Shown here: positions 22,594 through 32,758 of the stretch, piece by piece
Numbering within the stretch: the first letter of the stretch is position 1
Layout: each line of letters opens with the position of its first letter
NCBI GenBank assembly: GCA_963781585.1
Contig: CAWAGQ010000013.1
Coordinates: forward strand, 288,001-352,000
Direction of reading: 5' to 3'
Source: an uncultured Gemmatimonadaceae bacterium
GTDB lineage: Bacteria; Gemmatimonadota; Gemmatimonadetes; Gemmatimonadales; Gemmatimonadaceae
DNA length: 64,000 nucleotides
Notes under the pieces: model-generated
The model's database searches: none
Told to the model about the DNA's origin: nothing
Seen by the model: only the letters and a program-made list of their open reading frames with translations
Program-made: the position numbers and the translations under genes

Positions 22594-22653
22594 AAAACCC
22601 CTGGAGCTGGCGGGAAGGGAATCTCGTAGAACATTCCTCTCGTAGGACCCTGC

Positions 22654-23618
22654 GTGAGGCACGCACACATCGCGTTCATGGTTGCTGCAGCAGCCGTGCT
22701 GCAAGGGCAGCAACCGCAGCTGCCGCCGGCGCCTGGCAAACTGGTGGATATTGGAGGTAGGCGACTCCACGTCATGTGCAGCGGCTCCGGCTCACCCACG
22801 GTCGTCCTCGAGGCGGGCGCCTCGTCTTTCGCGATCGACTGGACGCTGGTGCAACGGTCGGTGGCTCGCACCGCGTGTCTGTTCCTACGACCGCGGTGGT
22901 ATGGGATGGAGTGATCCGTCTTCGGGTACCTTCATCGACGCCGCAAGAAGACCTCCACAAGCTGCTGGCGGCAGTTTCGGAGCACCCTCCATTCATCCTC
23001 GTCGGGGCCTCACGAGGTGGACTCTTTATCCGTGCGTTTCAGGCCGACTATCCGTCGGAAGTCGCCGGGTTGGTATTTGTCGACCCGTCGACTGAAGACC
23101 GCCTATTCACCGTCTTTGAAGGTCACGACGTGTTGATCGCATCGCTGACCGCCCAGCAGCTTCGCTCGACACTTCCGACAGCACCGGTCGTGGTCCCGCG
23201 CCGGCAACCGCAGACCGGCGCGCCCTTCGACCGCCTGCCGCCGCAGCTCCATCGAACTCGCGTGCTGCTTGACGAACGGCTCATTGCCTCATACCCAGAT
23301 ACCGTCACACCAGAGGTTGTCGCCGCCTTCTCCGAGAGCGAACGAGCGCTCTTGGCGCGCCTCCGAGCGCTTCGTGCTCCGACGCGACACCCGCTCGGCA
23401 GCCTTCCCACGGTCGTTCTGACGCGGGGCAATCCGAGAAACAACGAACGCGAGGCGGCGCATCGTTCCCTGGCCTGTCTCTCGACGGATTCACGCCACAC
23501 CATCGTCGCCGGCGCCGGCCACGAGATCCATCTGTTCAAACCGAACGCCGTCGTTCAGGCAATCGAGGACGTGATCGAAGCCGTTCGTTACAATGCGCCC
23601 CTGCGAACGCTGCGTTAA
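22654..23618 (+). pseudogene. Alpha/beta hydrolase, two frameshifts (~22870, ~22930)
   Basis: LVDIGGRRLH..GSGSPTVVLEAG / RVCSYDRGGMGWSD / ILVGASRGG ... GAGHEIH are distributed over three frames. Confidence 0.75.
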
Positions 23619-23660
23619 CGCGGGCGTGAGACATCACCACAAATCGCGGATTGCAGCCAG

Positions 23661-24368
23661 GTGTTGACTGACCTCGAGCTGATGCAGTTGCACGTGGACG
23701 CCGAATTCACGCAGGACGCGGCTGGCCATCTGGTGTCAACGAATGAGCCAACAGCGGCCCCCGCGCCACGGTTCTTCCTGGGCCAGACCGCGCTCGGCGT
23801 TGTTCGCCGCTACCGGCGCGACGTGTCACTTGCACGCCGAAGGATGCTGGAGGCCGCCCTCGCGGACGCCGGAGGTGATCGCTCCAATGTGGCCCTCGAC
23901 GGGCCGCTCGATCCGACGCCGTTCGAGGAGATTCTGTCAAAGGAAGCGCCCATCCAGCATACCTCAGTTGGAATCGCATTCCGCTTCCCGGACGTGTTGC
24001 CAGCAGATCCTGCCACCCGGATCCTATGTAGCACCGCAGAGGCCTCGCTGCTACATCCGTTGCTTGCGGCATGGGCGCCGGACATCCAGTTGTCCGCACC
24101 ACTCGTGGCGTACGTCTCTTATGGCGTGGCTGTCGCCGTGTGCGGCAGCGTGCGGATCACGCCCCGCGCGCATGAAGCAGGAGTAGAGACGGCTGCACCC
24201 TATCGGGGCCATGGCTACGCGAGTGCCGCCGTGGCGGCGTGGGCGACGACCGTGCGCGCACTCGGAGTAGAGCCGTTGTACAGTACAACGTGGCGGAACG
24301 CGGCCTCGCAGGGCGTCGCGCGGAGCTTGGGGCTTGTTCCATTTGGGCGCGATCTGCATATCACGTGA
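23661..24368 (+). CDS. GNAT family acetyltransferase
   Basis: EAGVETAAPYRGHGYA acetyl-CoA motif; YST..N.ASQ.VA..LG. Confidence 0.8.
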   Translation: MLTDLELMQLHVDAEFTQDAAGHLVSTNEPTAAPAPRFFLGQTALGVVRRYRRDVSLARRRMLEAALADAGGDRSNVALDGPLDPTPFEEILSKEAPIQHTSVGIAFRFPDVLPADPATRILCSTAEASLLHPLLAAWAPDIQLSAPLVAYVSYGVAVAVCGSVRITPRAHEAGVETAAPYRGHGYASAAVAAWATTVRALGVEPLYSTTWRNAASQGVARSLGLVPFGRDLHIT

Positions 24369-24381
24369 CGGCCCTCGTGAC

Positions 24382-24496
24382 GTCTGACAACGCGTTGCAG
24401 CCGGCAGGAACGCAAACGGTAGGTGACACAATCCCCTCCGCGAAACACAGCGTTGATGCCATCCGACCCCTGACGGGCGAATAGTCGCGTTTAGAC
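24382..24496 (+). other. Degenerate attC
   Basis: GTCTGACAACGCGTTGCAGCCG resembles the left arm of attC 21992; GTTTAGAC at ~24489 is a damaged R'. Confidence 0.4.
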
Positions 24497-24625
24497 GAAC
24501 AATTGCCGCTGTCGTGAATATCTGATCAATTCGACAACGGATCGCGAGTTGTGCAGGATGCGGACGTGTCTACGGGCAAGCGCGAGGGCGATGAAGCCGC
24601 CCAGGCTGCCGGAAGAGGTGCCGGC

Positions 24626-25189
24626 ATGAAGATGGCGTATCGAGAACGGTGGGAGGCGGAGATCGCGGCGATGCGGCGGGTGCTCGCCGGCTTTGCGATG
24701 CGGGAGGAGTGTAAGTGGGGTAAGCCGACCTACACGGTGGATGGGAAGAACATCGTCATCATGCAGGGCTTCAAAGAATACTTCGCGCTGGGCTTCTTTC
24801 AGGGCGCCCTGCTGAAGGACCCCAGGAAGGTGCTGGTGCAGCTCCGTCAGGTACACGCCGGGCGGGTGATGAAGTTCACCAGCGTGAAGGACATCACGGC
24901 GAAAGCAGCCACCATCAAGGCCTACGTGCGCGAAGCCATCGCAATGGAGAAGGCTGGGCGGCGGATGGAGCGCAGGAAAACCTCGGATTATCCGGTTCCC
25001 AAGGAGCTGGCGGAGAGTTTCCGAAGGGACCCGCGGTTCAAGCGCGCCTTCGAGGCGCTGACGCCGGGGCGGCAGCGGAGTTACCTCTACCACTTTGCCG
25101 CGGCCAAGCAGTCGGCGACGCGGGTGGCACGGATCGAAAAGGCGAGGCCGGCGATTTTCGAAGGCAGAGGGTTCCTGGAGAGGCGCTAG
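24626..25189 (+). CDS. YdeI/OmpD-associated (DUF1801) family protein
   Basis: EECKWGKPTY, FFQGALLKDP, FEALTPGRQRSY..AKQSATRVARIEK; start could lie upstream (24551). Confidence 0.85.
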   Translation: MKMAYRERWEAEIAAMRRVLAGFAMREECKWGKPTYTVDGKNIVIMQGFKEYFALGFFQGALLKDPRKVLVQLRQVHAGRVMKFTSVKDITAKAATIKAYVREAIAMEKAGRRMERRKTSDYPVPKELAESFRRDPRFKRAFEALTPGRQRSYLYHFAAAKQSATRVARIEKARPAIFEGRGFLERR

Positions 25190-25273
25190 TCATTCACAGC
25201 ACGACGGCCTGACCGGCCGGCTCCTCGAGGAGAAAGCGACCATGAGTCGTCGCAGTGACCGGTCGTTCGCGCC

Positions 25274-25357
25274 GGATAACCAGGCATGGCAGCGGATGAT
25301 TGGACTTCCTCGCTTCGCTCGCGCGGCCACTCGCCGCTGAATGCCACAACGTTAGGC
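25274..25357 (+). other. attC site
   Basis: GGATAAC...GGCATGGCAGCGG/CCGCTGAATGCC...GTTAGGC. Confidence 0.7.
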
Positions 25358-25382
25358 ATACATGACTGGAGGAATGGCAAGG

Positions 25383-25559
25383 ATGAACGCACAACCCACC
25401 TCGCGGCAGACTCTTGGGAAGTGGACCGGCATCGGACTCGCACTTGGTGTGGCGCTCGGCGCAGCGTTAGGCAACGTTGGGCTCGGCGTGGCGTTCGGCG
25501 TTATAGCGGGTGCGGTGATGGGGGCAACGATAAGCAGGCGCTCGAAGGACGACGGCTGA
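25383..25559 (+). CDS. Small glycine-zipper membrane protein (cassette)
   Basis: GIGLALGVALGAALGNVGLGVAFG; starts 25 bp after R'. Confidence 0.6.
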   Translation: MNAQPTSRQTLGKWTGIGLALGVALGAALGNVGLGVAFGVIAGAVMGATISRRSKDDG

Positions 25560-25587
25560 CCTGCACGTCACGCTCGGGCTGACCGTC

Positions 25588-26427
25588 GTGGTGGGCATGG
25601 TGGTGGCGCTCGTTCCAGCGCTGCTGTCGTGGCGCGGCGATCTCGCGCATGCCCTCCGCGGCGGGGCACGGGGCGGGCACAGCGAGGGGGCGCGGTTGCG
25701 TTCCGGATTGCTGGTCCTGCAGGCGACGCTCGCGGACGTGCTGCTGGTGGGCGCCTCGCTGTTCGTGCGCAGCCTCGATGCGGTGCGCGACCTGCGCATG
25801 TCGCCGAGGACGTGGTGCAGCAGAACCTGTCGGGCGGGACGCGCTACCACTTCTACATCCCCATCGAGCAGTTCACGCGGACCTGGGGGAATGGGCTCGT
25901 GGTTCGCGTACGGGGGGACGTGGCTCGCGAGGCCGGGGCCGTGCGGGATGCGCTGCAACGGGTCATCCCGGCCGCCGTCGTACGTCATGGTCCGGCGGCT
26001 CGACGACATCGTCGGCACCGCGCAGCGACCGTGGCGGCTGGGGGCGACGATGTTCAGCATGTTCGGGCTTCTCGCCCTGGTCGTGGCGTCGGTCGGACTG
26101 TACGGCACCATCAGCTATGGCGTGGCGCAGCGCATGCACGAACCTGGTGTGCGCGTGGCCCTGGGGGCGCAGCGAGGGAACATCATGCGCCTGGTGGTAG
26201 GCCACGGATTCTGGCTGGCGCTCGCGGGCACCGTCCTCGGCGCGTTGATCGCACTCGCCGCGGGGCCGCTGATCCAGCCGCTCCTCTTCCGGCAGTCGGT
26301 CCGTGATCCGATCGTGTTCGCGGGCGTCGCTGTGCTGATGGTGGGCCTGGCATTGCTCGCGAGCGCGGTGCCGGCGAGGCGTGCGGTGCGGGCGGACCCG
26401 AACTCGGCGCTGCGTTCGGCGGATTGA
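25588..26427 (+). pseudogene. Internally deleted, frameshifted ABC (MacB/FtsX-like) permease fragment
   Basis: RLRSGLLVLQ..LLVGASLFVRSL joined to C-terminal GLYGTISYGVAQR.HE.GVRVALGA...PARRAVRADP. Confidence 0.75.
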
Positions 26428-26467
26428 GCGCCTGACGCGGCAGCCGGAACCCGGTCCGCGCATGCGC

Positions 26468-26648
26468 CGGAGCGGCGAGGCCGGCGCGGCTTGCAGATGC
26501 CGGTGAGCCGCAGCGCCTCGTCCGCAGCGGGCGTGGGCATCGAACGCAGCGCTCCGCGGGAGGGGAGCGCCCAGCATGCGATTGCGGCGGGCCGATACCG
26601 ACATCAGAATGTCGCGTGTGGTAGTTTTCCAACGCACCGAGCGCCGCC
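26468..26648 (-). mobile_element. Remnant of the 5' end of an ISCR-like transposase and its upstream region
   Basis: Collinear similarity to 46952-47128 (AGCGGCGAGGCC..CGGCGCGGCTTG..GGGAGCGCC.AGCAT.CG..CAGAA.GTCGCG..TTCCA.CGCA); encodes GICKPRRP vs GVYKPRRP. Confidence 0.7.
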
Positions 26649-26739
26649 GCTTACCGTGCTTGCTGCTGACGATCGGGTCCAGGAACCCCGCTGCGCTCGC
26701 GATGGCGTGATCGCCTCGCAGCAGAAGCTGTCGTTAGGC
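26649..26739 (+). other. attC site (R'' degenerate), same family as attC 47129
   Basis: GCTTACC GTGCTTGCTGCTGACGA...TCGCAGCAGAAGC...GTTAGGC. Confidence 0.75.
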
Positions 26740-26776
26740 AGCCGGTGGCGCGCCGAGCAGCCAGACGGGGACTGAA

Positions 26777-26944
26777 ATGAGAAGCCAGACCAGCACCGCA
26801 CTCTACGTAGTGTTGATGGCAGCCGTGATCGTCGCGATCGATGTGTTGTTCTTCAGGAACCGGTTCTGGGAACGGCTAACGGTGAACGTAGGAATCGTCC
26901 TGGTATTCGCAGCCTTCTACTTCAGATTCCTGACACGTCCATGA
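26777..26944 (+). CDS. 55-aa two-helix membrane protein (cassette; absent from ORF track)
   Basis: Manual translation MRSQTSTALYVVLMAAVIVAIDVLFFRNRFWERLTVNVGIVLVFAAFYFRFLTRP*; GGGGA upstream; follows R'. Confidence 0.65.
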   Translation: MRSQTSTALYVVLMAAVIVAIDVLFFRNRFWERLTVNVGIVLVFAAFYFRFLTRP

Positions 26945-27047
26945 CTATGGCGGAGGGCTCACGTGTGGCGATAGTTGGCCGCACCCGCTGCTTAACGCCT
27001 GGTGGTTGGGCCGGCAGGCCCACACATCAACTCTGAGAGGATGGGAC

Positions 27048-28527
27048 ATGCCTCCTGGACTCCGACAACTATTCAAGGGAACCCTGCTGCTCGCCTGCGC
27101 TACTGCTCAGACAGCGGCTCAGACGCCGGCGCTCTCGACGGCGCCAGTCGGGCAGCGGGATCTGTCCGAGTATGAGGGGCTCTACAACTACCGCGACGGT
27201 GGCAGGTTGTCCATCGTCGCAGGCGGCGACCGACTGGTGGCAGTCATCGGCGGAGCGAAGTATCGGCTTCGTGCCGCGGGCGTGGACACGTTCACGAACC
27301 CCGGAGGTGACCCGATTCCCTTTTTGCGTGACGCCAACGGTCGGATCGTGGCCTTCAAGGAGCACGATGATACGTTTCGGAGGCGCTCATCGAGCGTGCC
27401 GGTGTCCGTGCGGCTGCTGTTCGAGCCGCGTCCGAAGGACGCGGCAGGACGGCCGGTCGTCTACCATTACGCACCGCCCCGGCAGCTTGCGGACGGTATT
27501 CGCGCCGGCGTGGCTGGATCGGACACTCTCTGGCCGGCGGTTGCGGGGCGGCTCGTAGACGGCGTCATGGATCGGCACGTACCCCGATGTGCATTCGATC
27601 CTCGTCTATCACAAGGGTGCGTTTCGACTCGAGGAGTACTTCTACGGCTACAATCGCGATCGGCCGCACCAGATGCGCTCCCTCACCAAGAGCGTGATCT
27701 CGCTGCTTGCCGGAGTGGCCGTGGACCGGGGACTGCTCCGCGCCGATGAACCCGTGCTCGGGCAGCTCGGCTATCCGGCCTACCGGAATCCCGATGCTCG
27801 CAAGGGGCGAGTGACGCTGACGGACCTCCTGAGTAACCAGTCGGGCTTCGCCTGTGACGACCACGACGACGCTTCGCCGGGCAATGAGGTGAAGCTGTAC
27901 GACACGCCGGATTGGGTGAAGGCGTTCGTCGATCTGCCCATGGTGGCCGATCCGGGCACCGTCGGACGCTACTGCTCCGGCGGCATTCTCACGGCAGGCC
28001 GAATCGTCGAACGCGCGGCGGGCAAGTCCCTGCCGGCTTTCGCGCAGGAGGCCTTGTTCGGGCCGCTCGGTATTCAACGATCCGAGTGGCACTGGGACTT
28101 CAGGCTCGATCGCAGCCAGCGCAATGAGTTCGGGCAGATCTACCTCACGCCCCGTGACATGCTGAAGCTCGGGATCCTCATCCAGCGCCGCGGGGAGTGG
28201 GGAAACCGGCGGGTTGTGTCCACCACATGGATCGACGCCGCCGTTGCCCGGCAGTCGCATGTCGACGACAGCGACTACGGCCTGGGGATCTGGCATCGCT
28301 GGTACCGCGTGCAGGCGCGAAGCGGGGACCGCCGCGTCGACACCATCATGCTCTCGGGGAACGGCGGCCAGAAGGTGTATCTCGTTCCGTCCCTCGATCT
28401 GATCGTCGTATTCACGGGAGGTGCCTACAACACGGAGTCGCCTGCGAACGAGATGATGGCAGGGGTGCTCCTGCCGGCGCTGATTGAGGCCGAGGCGACC
28501 ATGTTGCGCCCCTCGGGTGGCGGCTGA
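27048..28527 (+). pseudogene. Serine hydrolase (beta-lactamase class C-like family), frameshift ~27570
   Basis: Signal peptide in one frame; SLTK (SxxK), YCS and LSGNGGQ in the next frame. Confidence 0.75.
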
Positions 28528-28734
28528 GCGACAGGTCGTTAGGCTGCGGTAACAATCCTACGCACATGGCAATTGCAGGCGTCCGCCGCCTATGCGGCGA
28601 ATTCGGGCCAGTTTCTGAAGAACACATTTCCCCCGAAGGGAGGCTTCTGTTCGTTGCAGTCGCGATTGACTCATTCGACTGGCGTCAGCAGTCGCGGGGG
28701 ATACTGTGCCCTTGACCGTTAGGCTTTGGGAGGA

Positions 28735-28821
28735 AACGTTACAGCCGACAAGCCGCACACGAGCGTAGTTGGACTTCCAGGTTCAGCCCGCGGCTTGCGG
28801 GTGAACGTCAAGCCGTTAGGC
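28735..28821 (+). other. attC lacking a clear R''
   Basis: ACGTTACAGCCGACAAGCCGC.../GCGGCTTGCGGGTGAACGT...GTTAGGC (28815). Confidence 0.6.
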
Positions 28822-28842
28822 ATACGCATCAAGGACGTAATC

Positions 28843-29193
28843 ATGACGTCTGCTTCCATGTGGCCGGCGGAGCTCGACGCCCTCGTGGCGGCCCCCGCGC
28901 AGCATCGGCTGTTGCTGGAGAATGACAGGGTGCGCGTGCTGGACACGCGTATCGCTCCGGGTGAACGCACACCAGTGCACACGCACCAATGGCCTGCCGC
29001 ACACTACGTCGTGAGTTGGAGCGCGTTCGTACGGCGCGACGCCGAGGGCGCTGTGCTGCTGGATACCCGCGCAACCGCTGGCGCGCCAAGCCCGCCTTCC
29101 GCGCTCTGGGGTGAACCGCTCGCGCCGCATTCGCTGGAAAACGTCGGGCCAACGCCACTGCATGTCATCAGTGTCGAGCTGAAGACCGGGTGA
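28843..29193 (+). CDS. Cupin-domain protein (cassette)
   Basis: LLENDRVRVLDTRIAPGERTPVHTH...HSLENVG..LHVISVELK; AAGGA RBS. Confidence 0.82.
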   Translation: MTSASMWPAELDALVAAPAQHRLLLENDRVRVLDTRIAPGERTPVHTHQWPAAHYVVSWSAFVRRDAEGAVLLDTRATAGAPSPPSALWGEPLAPHSLENVGPTPLHVISVELKTG

Positions 29194-29299
29194 CTGACCT
29201 GCGGGCGTTGATGACGCATTTCACACGGTCGCTGCCGGCGAACCTGGATGCCGAAGATGATCGCTGGCTCGTGACAATCCTCGCCGCGAGACCTCCCGC

Positions 29300-29869
29300 G
29301 TGAACGCCCGCCTCCCGGGACTGCTCGCACTGATCTGCTGTTGCGCCCAGGCGTCGGCGCAAGCGGGGAGGTGCCCGACGATCGAGCGCGCGGCCACGAT
29401 CGAGCGGATCGGCGCGTTCTCGAACACGCGCTACCGCGACGAGCACGCGTACGGCTATTCGGTGATGCTGTGGCGAGCCGGGGATTGCGTGTTCGGCCTG
29501 TTCGAATCCGCCCAGGGGCTCGCCGAGGACACACCGATCGGCGAGTTGCGCGACGTTACCTTTGACCGCCTTTCCGGTCTCCTGACGTTCTCGGCGAAGC
29601 TGACGACCGGGCTCACGACCACGCGCGGGTCGAACGCACTCGTACCCGCGCACGACCTGTTCTCGTTCAGCGGCACGCTGCAGGCGGACACGCTCAGGGG
29701 GGAGATCTCCCACGCCCTTGCCAACGAGCCGGGGGTCGCGGTGGCACGCACCACGGTCGTGCTTCCGGCGTCGAGCACGGCTGCCGAGCTGATGCTCGAC
29801 GCCGCGTCGTACGCGGACTGGGTGACGGCGTGGGAGCCGATCCTGAAGCGCCGCGGGCCGAAGTGGTAG
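29300..29869 (+). CDS. Hypothetical secreted protein
   Basis: Signal-peptide-like N-terminus; coding-like composition; fits between neighbouring genes. Confidence 0.55.
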   Translation: MNARLPGLLALICCCAQASAQAGRCPTIERAATIERIGAFSNTRYRDEHAYGYSVMLWRAGDCVFGLFESAQGLAEDTPIGELRDVTFDRLSGLLTFSAKLTTGLTTTRGSNALVPAHDLFSFSGTLQADTLRGEISHALANEPGVAVARTTVVLPASSTAAELMLDAASYADWVTAWEPILKRRGPKW

Positions 29870-29915
29870 CCCGCCGGCGTTATGTCGATGCGCACTGCCT
29901 AACAAGGAGGTCCCG

Positions 29916-30401
29916 ATGAGCCCAAAAAAGAACAGGCAACAATCCGCCCAGACCGCCACCCCGGTGAACAAGCGGTCCAGGGGGTTCACAGACCCCGAAC
30001 GAATCGCGATGAAGGAGCGCGCCCATGAGCTGAAGTCCGACGCGCGACGCGGCCCGCGCGCGGACCAGGCGGATGGGGAAGGCGACGTGCTCGCGAAGAT
30101 TGCCGAGATGCCGGAACCGGATCGCATCATGGCCCGGCGGCTCCACGCGATCATCAAAGCCAGCGCGCCGACTCTCTCGCCGAAAACCTGGTACGGGATG
30201 CCCGCGTATGCGAAAGACGGAAACGTCGTCTGCTTCTTCCAAAGCGCGCAGAAGTTCAAGACGAGGTACGCAACGTTCGGGTTCAGCGACAATTCGAACC
30301 TCGACGACGGCGCGATGTGGCCCACGTCGTTCGCGCTGAAGCAATTGACCGCCACCGAAGAAGCCAGGATCGTCGCGCTCGTGAAGAAGGCCGTCAGTTG
30401 A
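29916..30401 (+). CDS. DUF1801/YdhG-like protein
   Basis: [47 protein letters not shown]...MWPTSFAL. Confidence 0.85.
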   Translation: MSPKKNRQQSAQTATPVNKRSRGFTDPERIAMKERAHELKSDARRGPRADQADGEGDVLAKIAEMPEPDRIMARRLHAIIKASAPTLSPKTWYGMPAYAKDGNVVCFFQSAQKFKTRYATFGFSDNSNLDDGAMWPTSFALKQLTATEEARIVALVKKAVS

Positions 30402-30510
30402 GGTTTGCGGCACCTGCTCGTGATGGCGCCGTCAGCCGCAATCGGTGGCATTCTTCGCACGGGCCAACCAGCTCGGCAGACGAAGCGACCTGCCTGACGA
30501 AGCGACCCGG

Positions 30511-30948
30511 TTAGCGGGTCAGCGGCTCCAGAATCGCCACCGCGCGTCGGAGGACCTTCAGGTCCGCGGCGCTGACACCGCCGATCAGGGCTTCCATGGC
30601 GGCCAACCGTCGCGTCCGGGCGTCACGCAACACCCGTTCCCCTTCCCGGGTGGCGCGAATCCTGACCGCGCGCGCATCGTGCGGGTGCGGGGCCCGCGCT
30701 ACCAGGCGCTCCACTTCCATCGCCTGAATCAGGCGCGTCATCGTGGGCGGCCGCACGTGCTCGATGACTGCCAATTCGCCGAGCGTGCGCGGTCCTCCGC
30801 CCAGCACCAGCACCGACAGCACGGACAGTCGGGGACCGGTGATGCCGCCGCGGTCGTCGTGCCGGGCAACGCGCCGCAACAGGTGAACGGCGACCGAATG
30901 CAGCCGGTCGGCGATTGCCGCGCGGCTGTCACGGCGGGTGGACGGCAT
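30511..30948 (-). CDS. MarR family transcriptional regulator
   Basis: LSVLSVLV..GPRTLGELA..EHVRPPTMTRLI..ME..LVAR..D.R wHTH. Confidence 0.85.
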   Translation of the reverse strand: MPSTRRDSRAAIADRLHSVAVHLLRRVARHDDRGGITGPRLSVLSVLVLGGGPRTLGELAVIEHVRPPTMTRLIQAMEVERLVARAPHPHDARAVRIRATREGERVLRDARTRRLAAMEALIGGVSAADLKVLRRAVAILEPLTR

Positions 30949-31008
30949 GGGTCTCTCCGGCCGGCCCGCGCCCGGCTCCCGGGGGCTTGCGCGCCGGCGC
31001 GCTGGCGA

Positions 31009-31029
31009 TTAGTTAGGTACGCTAACTAA
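31009..31029. promoter_or_regulatory. Probable MarR operator
   Basis: TTAGTTAG-N5-CTAACTAA perfect inverted repeat between the divergent marR and ankyrin genes. Confidence 0.6.
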
Positions 31030-31098
31030 ATAACAGCGCATCGCGCCCGGCACAAGGGCACCGGGCCCGGCGCCGCGCGCGGACCCCGGGAGCACTTC

Positions 31099-31797
31099 AT
31101 GCCGACGCTGAGCGAATTGCAGGCCGCCATTCGGGCGCGCGACCTCCCACAGGTGAAGACGATACTGGCGGCCGCGCCCGCGCTGGCCGCTGAGCGCCCC
31201 GCGGGGAGTGCGAGCGCCACGCTGCTCGCGGTCTATGTGGGATCGTCGGAGATGGTGGATCTGCTGATGCCGCTGGTGACGCCCGATGCCTGCGAGGCGG
31301 CAGCGCTGGGCGCCGCCGACCGGCTGCACCAGTTGCTGGACGCAGATCCGTCGCAAGTGAACGCCAGGAGCGGTGACGGATGGACACCGCTCCATCTGGC
31401 CGGCTTCTTCGGACGACGCGAGGCGGCCGAACTGCTCCTCGCCCGGGGTGCCCCGGTCGCCGCGGTCGCCGACACTCCGGACCGGAACCAGCCGTTGCAG
31501 GCGTCGTTGTCGGGCAACCTCGACGAGGCCATCGTGCGCGCCCTCGTGGCGCACGGAGCCGACGTCAATGCCGCCGGTGCCAGCGGCGTTACCGCCCTCC
31601 ACAGCGCGGCCGCCCGCGGAAGCGAGACCATGGTGCGGTTTCTTCTGGAGCACGGCGCGCGCGCGAATGCCACGCTCGGCGACGGGCGCACCCCGGCCGA
31701 TCTCGCCGACGAGCGCGGCCACGCGGCCGTGCGCGACCTGCTGCGCGCGGTCGCCGGCGGATCGGCGGAATCGGCTCGCCAGGCCTGGGCGCCGTGA
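31099..31797 (+). CDS. Ankyrin-repeat protein
   Basis: DGWTPLHLAGFFG, GADVNA..GVTALHSAA..G, DGRTPADLA. Confidence 0.88.
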   Translation: MPTLSELQAAIRARDLPQVKTILAAAPALAAERPAGSASATLLAVYVGSSEMVDLLMPLVTPDACEAAALGAADRLHQLLDADPSQVNARSGDGWTPLHLAGFFGRREAAELLLARGAPVAAVADTPDRNQPLQASLSGNLDEAIVRALVAHGADVNAAGASGVTALHSAAARGSETMVRFLLEHGARANATLGDGRTPADLADERGHAAVRDLLRAVAGGSAESARQAWAP

Positions 31798-31903
31798 TGC
31801 GCGAGCCCAGGTGATATTGCTTTCCATTGCAAAGTACTCTATGCTATGTCCGGAGATGGCAGTCCCGTGATACCTCGAAGCCAACCCGCTCCGGAACCGC
31901 CGA

Positions 31904-32197
31904 ATGAACTGGTCGTCACTGCTGAAGCGCCCGAGCGCCTTTCTCCCCGTGGCCATGTCGCTCGCCGCACTCGCCGTCGTGCTGGGCTACCTCGCCATGT
32001 TCGGCGTCGTTCGGCAGCCCGATGAGGGAACGGCTGCACATATCTGGCAGCTGCTCATCGGCGGGCAACTGCCGATCGTGGCGTTTTTTGCGATCAAGTG
32101 GCTTCCCCGCGCTCCGAGGCAGGCGTTGCCGGTCCTGGGGCTGCAGGCCGCGGCCGGACTCGCGGCCCTTGCGCCGGTCTTTCTTCTGCACCTTTAG
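31904..32197 (+). CDS. Small conserved-looking membrane protein
   Basis: Three hydrophobic segments; DEGTAAHIWQLL motif. Confidence 0.65.
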   Translation: MNWSSLLKRPSAFLPVAMSLAALAVVLGYLAMFGVVRQPDEGTAAHIWQLLIGGQLPIVAFFAIKWLPRAPRQALPVLGLQAAAGLAALAPVFLLHL

Positions 32198-32393
32198 GCA
32201 ACGACTCCGCGAGCGACGCGCGCAGGAGTCGCCGGGACGGCTTCCGATCGAAGCCGTCGGCCGGCAGCGTTACGACATCAGAACCGGCATGACGAAGCGC
32301 GCCGCCTGGCGCTGATTCCGGGTTGCACGCCGGTGCAGGAGTACCGGTAAGCCAGGGACTGGCGCCACTTCCTGCTGAGCAGTATAAATCGCC

Positions 32394-32756
32394 ATGGCCA
32401 CGCGCGCGCTCGGCGAAGCCGAACAGCTCATCCTCTTCGCGCTCGTCGCGCTCCCCGCCGAGGAGTGCTACGGCGTCCCGATCCGCGAGCTGATCGAGCG
32501 GCGCACCGGTCGCTCGATCTCGGCGGGTGCCGTCTACACGGCGCTCGATCGCCTGGCCGCGCGCGGCTTCGTCTCCAGCCGGCTGGGCGATCCGACCGCG
32601 CAGCGTGGCGGACGGCGCAAGCGCCTCTACACTCTGGAGCGGGCCGGCGCGCAGGAACTGTCGCGGTCCTACCAGAAGCTCTCGGCGATGTCGCAGGGGC
32701 TCGTGCGCCAACTCGAGCTGCGCGCGGCGAGCCCGGCGCGCAACCGGAAGCGCTGA
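32394..32756 (+). CDS. PadR family transcriptional regulator
   Basis: LGEAEQLILFAL..YGVPIRELIE..GAVYTALDRL..RGGRRKRLY. Confidence 0.88.
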   Translation: MATRALGEAEQLILFALVALPAEECYGVPIRELIERRTGRSISAGAVYTALDRLAARGFVSSRLGDPTAQRGGRRKRLYTLERAGAQELSRSYQKLSAMSQGLVRQLELRAASPARNRKR

Positions 32757-32758
32757 TC

